From: a virus
Taxonomy: Duplodnaviria > Caudoviricetes
Reading direction: 5' to 3' (one strand)
Length of the DNA stretch: 64,000 nt
Virus record (IMG/VR): IMGVR_UViG_3300026549_000038
Span: 96,193-160,192 of that record
The number at the start of each line of letters is the position of its first letter. Within the stretch, counting starts at the first letter, position 1. Shown here piece after piece: positions 9,754 through 19,767 of this stretch. The translations under genes were made by a program, and so were the position numbers. Under the pieces are notes generated by a model that was not told the origin of the DNA, ran no database searches, and was given only the letters and a program-made list of their open reading frames with translations.

Positions 9754-12573
9754 ATGATACTTGATTACAGTTATTCTAAAAATAAAAGAATATTTTCTAT
9801 TTCTTATATTAAAGAAAACGGTGCAAAAGACATAGTTCGATTCAATATAGACAAGTTTATATCTTTTTATAAAACCGCGGATGGGAAGTATAAGAACTGG
9901 GACGGTGCTCCATGCGACATCAAATATTCGCGAGACCCTGATTGGGCAGCAGAGAAGTATTTCATAAGAGAACTTCAAAATGGAAATCGGTTAACACCAG
10001 AAGTTAAAAAATATATATTCGAAGGCAAGACAATTCCAAAACTATATACTTTCGATATAGAAACATATATTCCTGACGATAATGAGTTCCCTGAGCCATG
10101 CGAAGCAAAGTTTCCAATCACAACCATATCCATAGCAAGCCCAGAGTGTAATGTGATTGTGTTGGGAACTCGGGATATAGAATCTGATGAACTTCTTCAG
10201 AAACGATTCGATGATTATGTAAATAACACGAAGTTTTTTTCCACGTTAGGACTTAAAAAACCATACATTAAATATATCAAGTTCGATTCGGAAAGAGACA
10301 TGCTTGAATATTTCTTGAAGAATATCGTAGCAAAAGTACCTGTGCTGGCAGGATGGAACTCACTGTTATTTGACTGGCAGTATATTCAAAACAGAATCAA
10401 AGGATATTATAAAGATATATTTTTTAACTATTGTAGTCCTATATTGACTACACACAACCGCAAATACACGGACAGGAGAAACAACGATGTGTATTTGAGT
10501 TTACCGGATCACACTGTGATTCTAGATATGATGGATGTGGTAGGTACATTTGACCTCGCAGTTATGCCTATAAAAGAAAGTCTCTCGTTGGATTATATAG
10601 CACATGAGAGCATAGGTGTAAATAAAATCGAGTATGACGGAACTCTAGGAGATTTATATAAAACAGATTACGATAAATATGTGTTTTATAATGCTATCGA
10701 TAGTTTCTTGGTTCAGTTGATAGATAAGAGATTTAAGACCATGGATACTATCTATATGCAGGCTCTTTATTGTAAAGATAAGGTTAATAATTGTTTTAGT
10801 AAAATAGCTATTTCTGAAGCTTTGACATTTAACTATTTTTACGAAAGAGGAATCAAAGTGGTCACAGACGGATGGGAAAGACCAGAGAGAGGTGAGTTGG
10901 TTGGAGCATATGTTAAAAACCCAATGCCTGGTAAACATAAATTCGTAGTATGTAATGACTTTGCAAGTCTGTATCCATCTACTATTATTACTTGTAACTT
11001 GTCATTTGAAAATTTCTTAGGAGGTGTAGGAGATGGAACTTTTAAAGAAAATGATTTGTTACAATACAAAGACGACCCGAACTATTTCGTGAGCGTAAAT
11101 GGAAATGTATACAAGAACGATAAAGATTATGCATTCCGAACAATCCAGGCAAAACTCAAAAGCGATCGAGGTAAAAGTAAGTATTTGGCTAAAGACTTGG
11201 ATGCAACCGTAATGCTTGATATAGAGCATGCGTTGAAACACAAGCATAAAAAATTCCATGAATATGACGAAAGAATTCAAGGAGCGCTAAAAGAAATAGG
11301 TTATGAAGTGAAAAGTGGTAATGACTTCAGTGGGTGGGATGATAATCAGCTGCAAGAATTTAAACGCAAACTTAAAGATGAAATTACATATCACACTTGT
11401 AACGAACAGGCAATGAAGCTGTTAGGAAATAGTATGTATGGAGGATCGAGTCATGTCATGTTCTTTTGGTTTAATCTTTGGCTTGCAAATGATATTACCG
11501 GAGAGGCGAGAAATATCATCCATAAGATGGAACACCACGCACCGGAGTTCTTCCTTGGTTGGCCGCAATGGAAAGATGTTCATAAGAGTCTGGGTATTGA
11601 ATTGATTGACAACCCAGAAGAACTTTTAAAGGACGTAAAGATTCAAGAGGATGATCCGGATGCATCTAAGGTAAAGTCTTATGTATCAAGTGTTTACGGA
11701 GATACAGATAGTATATACTCTTCATTTTCAACACTTTTGAAGACTATCAAAGGCATCGATAAGATGTCTCTGGAAGACAAAGCAAGAATCATCGTAGACC
11801 TTAATCTTAACGTTGTGGACAAGCATAACGAGGAGTTTATATCTGAATATTATAAATCGAGACATGCCAAGAGCGTTCATAAGTTTGAGATGGAAACACT
11901 TAGCCAGGCAGGTTGTTGGTTGGATGTAAAAAAGAGATATGCACAGATACTTCTCTGGAAAGATGGTAAGTACTATGATACAGATGACCTTCCCCTGAAA
12001 GTCAAAGGACTTGAGATGGTGAAAGCAAGTATTCCAAAAGCAGCCAGAGAAAGCCTGAAGAGATTGGTTAGATACTTGCTTGAAGATGAAGATGATAGTT
12101 ATTTGATTCAAAGACTTAACATAAAGATGCAAGAAGAGAAACAAAAGTTCTACAATGCATCTATAGAGGATATGAGCGCAAATATTAAAGTCAATAATTA
12201 TACGAAATATATTATTGATGACAGTGGAAATGAACCACTTAAGTTTGCTCTAGGTACTCCATTCAATTGTAAGGCAGTAGGAAACTATAACTGGATAAGA
12301 AATCACTATAAACTCCCTGGAGAACCAATCTACGGAGGTAAGTTAAAAGTATATCAGTATTATCCGAACAATAACGTTAAAAATCCAGAGTATTTCGCTT
12401 TTACGAGTATGGACTATCCGAAGTGGGCTCCGAAGTATGCACCAGTGGCAAAGAACCTAATGTTCCAACAATACATTATAGACCCATTTAATAGAATACT
12501 TAACGCCATAGGACTTAAGCAGCTCAACGCCGATGGTAGTATTCAGATGGATTTATTCGATGAATTGTTTTAG
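9754..12573 (+). CDS. polB: family B DNA polymerase (T4 gp43-like)
   Basis: ExoI FDIET, ExoII GWNSLLFD, ExoIII YNAIDS, motif A DFASLYPS, motif B KLLGNSMYG, motif C YGDTDS. Confidence 0.97.
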   Translation: MILDYSYSKNKRIFSISYIKENGAKDIVRFNIDKFISFYKTADGKYKNWDGAPCDIKYSRDPDWAAEKYFIRELQNGNRLTPEVKKYIFEGKTIPKLYTFDIETYIPDDNEFPEPCEAKFPITTISIASPECNVIVLGTRDIESDELLQKRFDDYVNNTKFFSTLGLKKPYIKYIKFDSERDMLEYFLKNIVAKVPVLAGWNSLLFDWQYIQNRIKGYYKDIFFNYCSPILTTHNRKYTDRRNNDVYLSLPDHTVILDMMDVVGTFDLAVMPIKESLSLDYIAHESIGVNKIEYDGTLGDLYKTDYDKYVFYNAIDSFLVQLIDKRFKTMDTIYMQALYCKDKVNNCFSKIAISEALTFNYFYERGIKVVTDGWERPERGELVGAYVKNPMPGKHKFVVCNDFASLYPSTIITCNLSFENFLGGVGDGTFKENDLLQYKDDPNYFVSVNGNVYKNDKDYAFRTIQAKLKSDRGKSKYLAKDLDATVMLDIEHALKHKHKKFHEYDERIQGALKEIGYEVKSGNDFSGWDDNQLQEFKRKLKDEITYHTCNEQAMKLLGNSMYGGSSHVMFFWFNLWLANDITGEARNIIHKMEHHAPEFFLGWPQWKDVHKSLGIELIDNPEELLKDVKIQEDDPDASKVKSYVSSVYGDTDSIYSSFSTLLKTIKGIDKMSLEDKARIIVDLNLNVVDKHNEEFISEYYKSRHAKSVHKFEMETLSQAGCWLDVKKRYAQILLWKDGKYYDTDDLPLKVKGLEMVKASIPKAARESLKRLVRYLLEDEDDSYLIQRLNIKMQEEKQKFYNASIEDMSANIKVNNYTKYIIDDSGNEPLKFALGTPFNCKAVGNYNWIRNHYKLPGEPIYGGKLKVYQYYPNNNVKNPEYFAFTSMDYPKWAPKYAPVAKNLMFQQYIIDPFNRILNAIGLKQLNADGSIQMDLFDELF

Positions 12574-12623
12574 TAAAGTAAACATGCGAATTTAATATTT
12601 TAAATTAATTAAATGATATAAAT

Positions 12624-12944
12624 ATGATTAGTGTAAACGATAACAATTTTGATGAAATGGTGTTCAACAACATCAAGCCAACTATAGTTGAATTTTGGGC
12701 ACCGTGGTGTGGACCTTGTAAGATGTATGGACCGATTGTTGAAGAGGTTGTTGGAAAGTTTTCAAATGACTTGATTGGATTCCAATGTAATGCCGAAGAC
12801 GCTCCAGATACTATAGAAAGATTTGGTATAAGAAATATCCCAACCATACTTTTCTTCCGTGGGGATGATCTCGTAGACAAGCTCGTTGGAGCCAACATGA
12901 AGGATACTTTAATAGAAAAGGTACGAGGGTTTATAGGAGAATAA
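12624..12944 (+). CDS. trxA: thioredoxin
   Basis: FWAPWCGPCK active site, IRNIPT cis-Pro loop, 106 aa. Confidence 0.97.
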   Translation: MISVNDNNFDEMVFNNIKPTIVEFWAPWCGPCKMYGPIVEEVVGKFSNDLIGFQCNAEDAPDTIERFGIRNIPTILFFRGDDLVDKLVGANMKDTLIEKVRGFIGE

Positions 12945-12970
12945 AAAAGGAAGACATTGTCTTCCTTTTT
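12943..12970. terminator. bidirectional intrinsic terminator
   Basis: AAAAAAGGAAGAC-ATT-GTCTTCCTTTTT between convergent genes. Confidence 0.85.
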
Positions 12971-13730
12971 AATTTCTAAAGTTCTTCATAATATAATCCC
13001 ATTCATCACCAGTAAGGGTTGTTTGCTTGTATGTATAATTCGTAATTTTTGCGTCTAGTAAATCATATATTTTCGAACCGCAACCTGCATCTTTACAAAC
13101 GTCGGAAAGAAACTTTCCGTTTTCAGCCCAAAAAAATTTTTTTATAATTTTTTTTGGAAGATTAGTTATTTCAAATTTATTACTCTTAATAAGTTTTGGG
13201 CATTTATCAATCGTCAGAGTATTTATCGTTTTTGGAAGATAATTAATATCTATTAAGTTTGGACAGTTTGTAAAATGATATCCGACGTATTTGGAGTCTG
13301 TGAATTTTAGATTTTCCAGACCAGACAAAGAAACCAATTCTGAATCTTGTATCTCAATTGTTACTGGCCAAGTGCGAGCGTTCTTTGTATTCATGGTGCA
13401 TCCCAGTGTAAACAACCCTTCGAGATTTTTTATTTTACAATTCCTTAAGTATATGTTTGTTGGGTTAACAATACGAGAAATGCTAAAATTAGGAGTATTA
13501 TCGAGTCCGTCAATATATAGTATGCTACCAATTGGTGCATCTATTTCAATCTTTCCGTTTTTGCAGGTTATGTTTCCCTTTTCCCATATCGAATACTCTT
13601 TGAGAAAGTCGTCTGGATGATATGTATATTTCTTGAACTCTGTCATTACTATATCATTATCAATCTTTTCGAAGTTCGGGTCCTCCGCACCGAACAGAGT
13701 CTCATTCAAATATATTGGTAACTGCTTCAT
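12969..13730 (-). CDS. LRR-like protein with capsid-targeting-like leader
   Basis: MKQLPIYLNE leader; IKNLEGL, LVSLSGL, NCPNL, KCPKL repeats; paralog of 13746..14540. Confidence 0.75.
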   Translation of the reverse strand: MKQLPIYLNETLFGAEDPNFEKIDNDIVMTEFKKYTYHPDDFLKEYSIWEKGNITCKNGKIEIDAPIGSILYIDGLDNTPNFSISRIVNPTNIYLRNCKIKNLEGLFTLGCTMNTKNARTWPVTIEIQDSELVSLSGLENLKFTDSKYVGYHFTNCPNLIDINYLPKTINTLTIDKCPKLIKSNKFEITNLPKKIIKKFFWAENGKFLSDVCKDAGCGSKIYDLLDAKITNYTYKQTTLTGDEWDYIMKNFRN

Positions 13731-13745
13731 AATTAATTCTTTCTT

Positions 13746-14540
13746 TTATTTTTTAAAGTTCTTTATGAGTTGTCTCCACTCATGAGAATATAACTGGAAC
13801 TCACTATTTGCATTTATTTCATATGGGCTACGGGAGTGGCGTTGTTGTAGATCTTCCAAATATATAACGGTTTTCGGACCACAGTCCATCTTCTTACAAA
13901 AATCTATAAAAGATATGCCGTTGTCCTTCCAATAAAACCCTTGGAATCCCGACAATGTCTTCGGAAACTGTGATATATTAAAATTGTTTTTGCCGATGCT
14001 CGGACATTTCACAATAGATAGATGATTCATTACACTAGGTAACTGCCCTAGTTCAGACAATTTATTACAATCGTTTATGAAATACATTGTGTTTTCCGGA
14101 TTCTTGTATTTTAGGTTTTCTAGCCCTTTAATAGAAGTTAGATTGTTACATCTATTTATAAGTATCTCGATTTGATCTCCGGGGCCTGTGTTTTGTATAA
14201 TACAATTTGGGGCAAATATACCTTTGAGATCCTTTATTTTGCTATCTGATATTTGTATAGCGGAACATTGTTCGATACTGGATATATTAAAATCTGGCGT
14301 ATGATCTAGATCGTGTATACGAATTGAACGAGTTAGTGAGGGGTGTGCCGGATGATAAAGCCCAATGATTTTGATTTCGCCGTCTTTGCAAGACACCTGA
14401 ACCGGTGCCCATTTTTGACCACAGTCTACATATTTTTGAAATTCTTCCAATCTCAATTGATCATTAGCAGAATTTACGAAAACGTCCTCGCCGCCACCAC
14501 TAAATAAAGATTCATTCAAATATCTTTGCAGGTTGTTCAT
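13746..14540 (-). CDS. LRR-like protein with capsid-targeting-like leader
   Basis: MNNLQRYLNESLFS leader; IKDLKGI, CNNLTSIKGL, CNKLSELGQLP repeats. Confidence 0.75.
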   Translation of the reverse strand: MNNLQRYLNESLFSGGGEDVFVNSANDQLRLEEFQKYVDCGQKWAPVQVSCKDGEIKIIGLYHPAHPSLTRSIRIHDLDHTPDFNISSIEQCSAIQISDSKIKDLKGIFAPNCIIQNTGPGDQIEILINRCNNLTSIKGLENLKYKNPENTMYFINDCNKLSELGQLPSVMNHLSIVKCPSIGKNNFNISQFPKTLSGFQGFYWKDNGISFIDFCKKMDCGPKTVIYLEDLQQRHSRSPYEINANSEFQLYSHEWRQLIKNFKK

Positions 14541-14591
14541 AAATATAATATGGGTGTTTGATATTTTATACTATATAATAAAACAACTTAT

Positions 14592-15128
14592 ATGCAATTA
14601 ACAGGAAAACAAATAATAGAAAGAGGAATTGTCACTGGGGTAGAAGCCCCGGAGCAGGTACAACAGCAAGGAATCGACGTGAGAGTGTTCTCTATATACA
14701 GTGTCGGTGGGAGGTATGGGTTCATTCCTAAGTCTGGGAAGACTATAACACCAAAACGAGAAGTGATACCGACTTCTTTTTCTGATGGAAGTGCAGTATG
14801 TTCAATCCCAGCAGGAGTAAAATATTGGTATTTAGAACCAGGTTATTACGAACTTGAACTTATGGAAGGATGTTCTATTCCAGATAATGCAACTTTGCAT
14901 TTTAAATCCAGAAGCAGTTTGGTTAGATGTGGATGTCAAGTATTTAGTGGTCAGTTTGACGCAGGATTCAAAACAGACTTTATGGGCTGTTATCTGCTCG
15001 TAACTCTTCCTGTGTACATAGAACGCGGAGCAAGAGTAGCACAGGCGATAGTCTTTGAAAGCGATCCGGTATCAAAAGATAATTTATATAACGGTCAGTG
15101 GCAAGGAGATAAACAAAGAAACTCGTAA
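14592..15128 (+). CDS. dcd: dCTP deaminase / trimeric dUTPase family protein
   Basis: QQQGIDVR, SRSSLVRCG, FDAGFK, GARVAQ, YNGQWQG motifs; exact substrate uncertain. Confidence 0.8.
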   Translation: MQLTGKQIIERGIVTGVEAPEQVQQQGIDVRVFSIYSVGGRYGFIPKSGKTITPKREVIPTSFSDGSAVCSIPAGVKYWYLEPGYYELELMEGCSIPDNATLHFKSRSSLVRCGCQVFSGQFDAGFKTDFMGCYLLVTLPVYIERGARVAQAIVFESDPVSKDNLYNGQWQGDKQRNS

Positions 15129-15132
15129 GGAT

Positions 15133-15402
15133 ATGTCAATTTTTGCAGAAAATTCAGAAGAAACTATAAATAAAACATTTCGCGAATTTGATGAAAAGGC
15201 GCTAGAGGATCATATTGTGGAAAAATATATAAAACCACTAATTGAGGCAACCCGCAATGATATAAAACATATTAAAATTGACTTACAAGAATTGCGGGCC
15301 AAAGTAGATAGATGCGAACTGCAGTTAAAGAATAACACCCTGTGGCGTCTTGAAAGTGTAGAAAATGAAATATATAACATCAAGTCAACGTTAAATCTTT
15401 AG
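15133..15402 (+). CDS. hypothetical coiled-coil protein
   Basis: More plausible start ATG15133 (MSIFAENSEE) just after dcd stop; track start at 15055 overlaps dcd. Confidence 0.65.
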   Translation: MSIFAENSEETINKTFREFDEKALEDHIVEKYIKPLIEATRNDIKHIKIDLQELRAKVDRCELQLKNNTLWRLESVENEIYNIKSTLNL

Positions 15403-15411
15403 TAGAAGACT

Positions 15412-15621
15412 TTACTGATTGACTACTGCCACGTTTAACTTGGGGTGGTTTTCTGATATGTCTATAAATTTATTTTCAACCGCAACTTTGAATATAATCT
15501 CATTGTTTTCTATAACATAGGACATTATGGTTCCAACGGTATCGATTGGAAAGAGACAGTCACATTTAAAATGTAGTTTCTTTCCAATCATTTGTTTTGC
15601 TATAAACTCTTTAAATTGCAT
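15412..15621 (-). CDS. small hypothetical protein
   Basis: 69 aa, coupled to upstream gene (TGATG overlap). Confidence 0.7.
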   Translation of the reverse strand: MQFKEFIAKQMIGKKLHFKCDCLFPIDTVGTIMSYVIENNEIIFKVAVENKFIDISENHPKLNVAVVNQ

Positions 15622-16325
15622 CAGTTATACTCTTGTTGTTTGATTTTTTTGTGTTTTTTGGAAAGCTTTTCTTTCTTTGGGCTAGGCATTCTTTGAAACG
15701 AATCTCCGCTGCCCAGCTCACCGTTTTCTCCTGGAAGTGCTGGGTCGCCGGCGCCCATGGTATTCCCGGGAGTAGCTCCACCAGCATCTCCACATTCTTT
15801 CACAATATCAAGTGAGGACAGTTCTTTATAAAATACATTTATCAATTCTGGTGATATTTCATATACTGTTTCTTTTGTCATTCCAAATTCCTTCATAGAA
15901 GTCAGTTCTTCTTTCGGGTCGCACTTGTTAACAATTCTTTTTGTGTAATTGTCTATTTCAGAACTACCATCTATCGACGCCCAGTCTCCGCCAATCACTA
16001 TAGTTTTATCAACATTAGCCATATAGATATGTATAGCCCAATGCGGAGCAGTCACTTCGCCGGTTTGAACATTGTCTATGAAAGCAATGTAATTCTTGTC
16101 GTTGTCGATATTATCATAGTCATCTGGTTTTATTATTCCCAGCTCAGAATTGTCTTGTTTACCTGGTTGCTGTTCTGCAACAAAATTTTTGAGTTCTTCA
16201 AACCCATCAGAGAATGTAGACTTACTTTTAAATTTTTTAAAAATATCTGTGAGGTCTATACTTTTAATCATCTCTATAGGATCTTTAAAAATACTTTCTT
16301 TAATATAATTTACCAGCGATTTCAT
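15621..16325 (-). CDS. putative head-internal protein with C-terminal copy of capsid N-terminal motif
   Basis: MKSLVNYIKE leader; C-terminal ATPGNTMGAGDP...GSGD matches MCP ATPLNTMGMGNP...GSGD. Confidence 0.7.
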   Translation of the reverse strand: MKSLVNYIKESIFKDPIEMIKSIDLTDIFKKFKSKSTFSDGFEELKNFVAEQQPGKQDNSELGIIKPDDYDNIDNDKNYIAFIDNVQTGEVTAPHWAIHIYMANVDKTIVIGGDWASIDGSSEIDNYTKRIVNKCDPKEELTSMKEFGMTKETVYEISPELINVFYKELSSLDIVKECGDAGGATPGNTMGAGDPALPGENGELGSGDSFQRMPSPKKEKLSKKHKKIKQQEYN

Positions 16326-16394
16326 ATCTATTTGTTGAATTTTCGTTATAAAATAATAATCATAATTTTAATATATTAATTCAACGGAATAAAA

Positions 16395-19300
16395 GTGGAA
16401 AAATTGGAGTCTAAAAAAATAACACTTGAAAAATCGCTGCAGAAGTATAGAGTAATGAATACTCCAACAGAGTATTCATGGAAGCAGCATTTTGTGAAAG
16501 AAAAATTCTCGAAGGATAACGCTCTCGAGCTTAACGAGGAAGATTTTGAGCAGTTTTCAAAAAGACTTGAAGAATGCCAAATAACACTAGGTACTGGTTA
16601 TACAATGCCGGTTGGTTCTCCTTGTAAGATCGGAACTCTAAAGGACTTGGTGAATATAGTCAGAGACCCAAAGAATGAAAAAGTTACAAAGGAACGAAGA
16701 ACAATAGTTTTCAGCAATTCAGCCGGGACGAGACTATCTGGAAAAGACGCATATGCTCAGTGGAATGGATTTCAGACTATAGACTTGGATATCAAAGATA
16801 GTGTCCAGGCAGGCAGGTTAAAAAATCACATATTTCAAAAACTCCACAAATGTAATTGGTTTTTAGGTGTTGGATTTTCTTCTAGCGGGAAAGGCTTACA
16901 CGTGTGGACAAAAATAAGCGTTCCGGAGACAGATGATTATTCAAAAAGAAAACTGTTGTATTTAGTCAATTTCCGCCATAAATATAGTTATGTATATCTT
17001 GCACTTTTAAGTGCAGCAGAATTGTATCTTTTTACAAAAGATGATATTCTGAATTGGATGGACTTAGCTATGGCGCGCCCACAACAGGGAAGTTTGTTGG
17101 GATATGACCCAGCAGTTCTTATCAATTCAAGCTTCTTTGAAGACTTTATATATGTTAACTTTGATAATGTTGACGATATAGGTCATCCTGATGTAGACTG
17201 GGTTACGTACCCAGACCTCAAAGAAATTTTTAAGAGGTGGGAATGGTTCGAAGATGGAGATGGGGATCAAGACAACATCAGTACAAATGTTGTTAGCAAA
17301 GAAGGACCGGACGATCCAAGCAATGTATTAAAGGTCCACTATAAACACTTTGAACGATGGAGACTTGCGAATACACTTGTTGGGTTATTTGGAAAAGATC
17401 AGGGAAAGGCTTACATGAGAATGATATGTTCGAATACTATCCGAGATCAGGAGCTGATCGCAGACTGTGAAACAGCAGCCAGGCACAAAAAACCTATCGA
17501 TCCCTGGGCAGTGCAGAGACTGAATACACAGCATGGGTTTAAAATAAAGCTCAATATTACCAAAGAGCTTAATGAAGACGAGGTATATATAGCGATGGAA
17601 GATGCCGGAAACCCTACTATAATTAAAGAGTCTCCGAACCTGATAAACTTTCATCTTAACAAAAACCAATATCTTGGTGATATCCGAAATGATATACTTC
17701 AAAAAGTCTCAGAGTCTTGTGTTAACATAACTCTTCTAGAAGCCGGTCCGGGGTTGGGAAAAACAGAAATGGTTAAACAGCTGGTTCGAGATGGAAAAAA
17801 GATTATGATGGTTATGCCATTTACGAGTACCATCAAATCCAAAGTAGAGAATGATGACAAATGGTATTATAGTTATGGGAACAGGCAACCGAAACTTAAT
17901 GAGTGTCCTGGGCTGGCTTTGACAATCGATAAATTTTCGTATCTTAACATGATGGATGTCAAAACATCTGGATATGATTATATATTTATAGACGAGAGTC
18001 ACCTCCTGTTCTTGAGTGAGTATAGGCCGGTTATGTCTAAAGTAGTAGACCTGATAAAGAGCTCTGAGGTACCTATTGTGATGATGAGCGGAACTCCTTG
18101 CGGAGAACTGGTTTTCTTCCCAGACGCCACGCACATACATGTAATTAAAGACGATGATAGAATCAAGGAGTTTACTGTTCATATGGTAGATTCCCCGTCG
18201 GATCTTATTTTTCATATGTGCAGAAAGATGGCAGAAGACATCTCGCAAGGAAGAAGGATTCTTTTTCCGACCAACTCGGGAACTCTGTATAGTAAACAGA
18301 TAGAAGCCGCGGTGAACTATTTTCTTAAGAACGACTATCAAATGTTCGAGCCGGTGAACCTCAAATATTATAAAAAGTCTAATATCGGAGAAAAGTTTAT
18401 GGATGATGTTAACTTTGAAAAGACCGTAAAAGATGTGCAAGTTCTTCTATGTTCTAATTATTTGAGTGTTGGTGTAGATGTGATGGATAGGCTCAAGTTT
18501 AGTATATATTTCGCAGACCTGATACTTCCTCATGAGATAGATCAGTTCTGTAATAGATTGAGAAAGAATGACTTATATGCAAATCTTTATATATCAAAAA
18601 ATGATGCAGATGGTAACACTAGAAATCTAAATCATTTTAAACCGTTGAATTTCAAATTAAACGACGAAGAAATAAAGAACATTCATGCAATCTTAAGATT
18701 GTGTAACAATACCATAGAACGCAATCCGATAGAATATAAGTATAACAGTTTGATATCAAGTATCATCTATGATAACAAATTTATAGAATATAACGATGTC
18801 GAAAATAAATATTTCCTTAACGAAACTTCGTATAAGATTCTTCAGTTTGAAAGGAAGTACAGAGATTATGCTCAACAGCTGCCAGTTGTCATGGCTGGTA
18901 TGAAAGCGTATGGATATCGAGTGAAGTCTGAGAACATGAAAAGTTGTACGGAAGAAGGCGATGGACTTTTGTTTACTAACTTAAAGGACATGGTTAAACT
19001 GGCATACGATGAAGGTCTTGAGATGAACTCAGAACATATTAGTGAGTTAATACAAATCATCAATGAAAATGATTTGCAGAATTACAAAGACATATTGGCT
19101 GGCAAATACGATGTCAAGAAAGGAGATAAGTGGGCTATAGATATAAGTAATAAGAAGGTTACGGTTAGAAACATGGAAATATTTGAAAAAGTGGTGCCTA
19201 TATTCATATCTCTTTCAAAACTGTTTAGGTTTTCAGATATACCAAAAATTTTCGAGTTCTGTAGAACCAAGGGAGGAACCTATAATTTTGCTGCCATAAG

Positions 19301-19727
19301 TCGTATTAGGATGCTTGCTAACATAAAGTATAATAATAAGATCAATAGACTTGACCTTCCTATTCAAGAATTTATGAATGAGGCATACAAATTCTCAGAA
19401 AGAAAGGTTGCTTCAAAATCAGATATAGGGGCTTTTCTGAGAGGGTTTGCAAACAGATATGCGGGCCAAGCCTCAACAGATTCGGTCAAAGTCGAGCTGG
19501 CAAATATGACGATGGACAACGTGATAAAAAATCTCGAAAAAATATTCAAATGTCTTATAAAAACATCGAGACCTAAGAAAAACGGAAATATAGAAATGAC
19601 TAAAATGGAATTGATATGGAAAGAAAAAACACATACAGACTCCTCAGGAAATAATGTTCCGTCTTTTATACTCAATGATTTTTTGAATATAGTGAAGGAG
19701 CCAGATGAACAACAGCCTAAAGAATAA
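16395..19727 (+). CDS. primase-helicase fusion (AEP/PrimPol-like N-terminus + SF2 helicase)
   Basis: IDLD and SSSGKGLHVW (AEP motifs); Walker A AGPGLGKT, DESH, MSGT, SVGVD, QFCNRLR (SF2 motifs). Confidence 0.85.
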   Translation: MEKLESKKITLEKSLQKYRVMNTPTEYSWKQHFVKEKFSKDNALELNEEDFEQFSKRLEECQITLGTGYTMPVGSPCKIGTLKDLVNIVRDPKNEKVTKERRTIVFSNSAGTRLSGKDAYAQWNGFQTIDLDIKDSVQAGRLKNHIFQKLHKCNWFLGVGFSSSGKGLHVWTKISVPETDDYSKRKLLYLVNFRHKYSYVYLALLSAAELYLFTKDDILNWMDLAMARPQQGSLLGYDPAVLINSSFFEDFIYVNFDNVDDIGHPDVDWVTYPDLKEIFKRWEWFEDGDGDQDNISTNVVSKEGPDDPSNVLKVHYKHFERWRLANTLVGLFGKDQGKAYMRMICSNTIRDQELIADCETAARHKKPIDPWAVQRLNTQHGFKIKLNITKELNEDEVYIAMEDAGNPTIIKESPNLINFHLNKNQYLGDIRNDILQKVSESCVNITLLEAGPGLGKTEMVKQLVRDGKKIMMVMPFTSTIKSKVENDDKWYYSYGNRQPKLNECPGLALTIDKFSYLNMMDVKTSGYDYIFIDESHLLFLSEYRPVMSKVVDLIKSSEVPIVMMSGTPCGELVFFPDATHIHVIKDDDRIKEFTVHMVDSPSDLIFHMCRKMAEDISQGRRILFPTNSGTLYSKQIEAAVNYFLKNDYQMFEPVNLKYYKKSNIGEKFMDDVNFEKTVKDVQVLLCSNYLSVGVDVMDRLKFSIYFADLILPHEIDQFCNRLRKNDLYANLYISKNDADGNTRNLNHFKPLNFKLNDEEIKNIHAILRLCNNTIERNPIEYKYNSLISSIIYDNKFIEYNDVENKYFLNETSYKILQFERKYRDYAQQLPVVMAGMKAYGYRVKSENMKSCTEEGDGLLFTNLKDMVKLAYDEGLEMNSEHISELIQIINENDLQNYKDILAGKYDVKKGDKWAIDISNKKVTVRNMEIFEKVVPIFISLSKLFRFSDIPKIFEFCRTKGGTYNFAAISRIRMLANIKYNNKINRLDLPIQEFMNEAYKFSERKVASKSDIGAFLRGFANRYAGQASTDSVKVELANMTMDNVIKNLEKIFKCLIKTSRPKKNGNIEMTKMELIWKEKTHTDSSGNNVPSFILNDFLNIVKEPDEQQPKE

Positions 19728-19767
19728 CGCATTGTGAAATATTTTATATAAATACAATTATTTTAAC

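Noticed and set aside
11170-11400. Intein or intron in PolB between motifs A and B
   Set aside because: Short extension with no C/S start, HN end or endonuclease motifs; more likely an elongated fingers region
15412-15621. MQFKEFIAKQ as another capsid-targeting leader
   Set aside because: Shorter spacing and no nearby cleavable Glu; not counted
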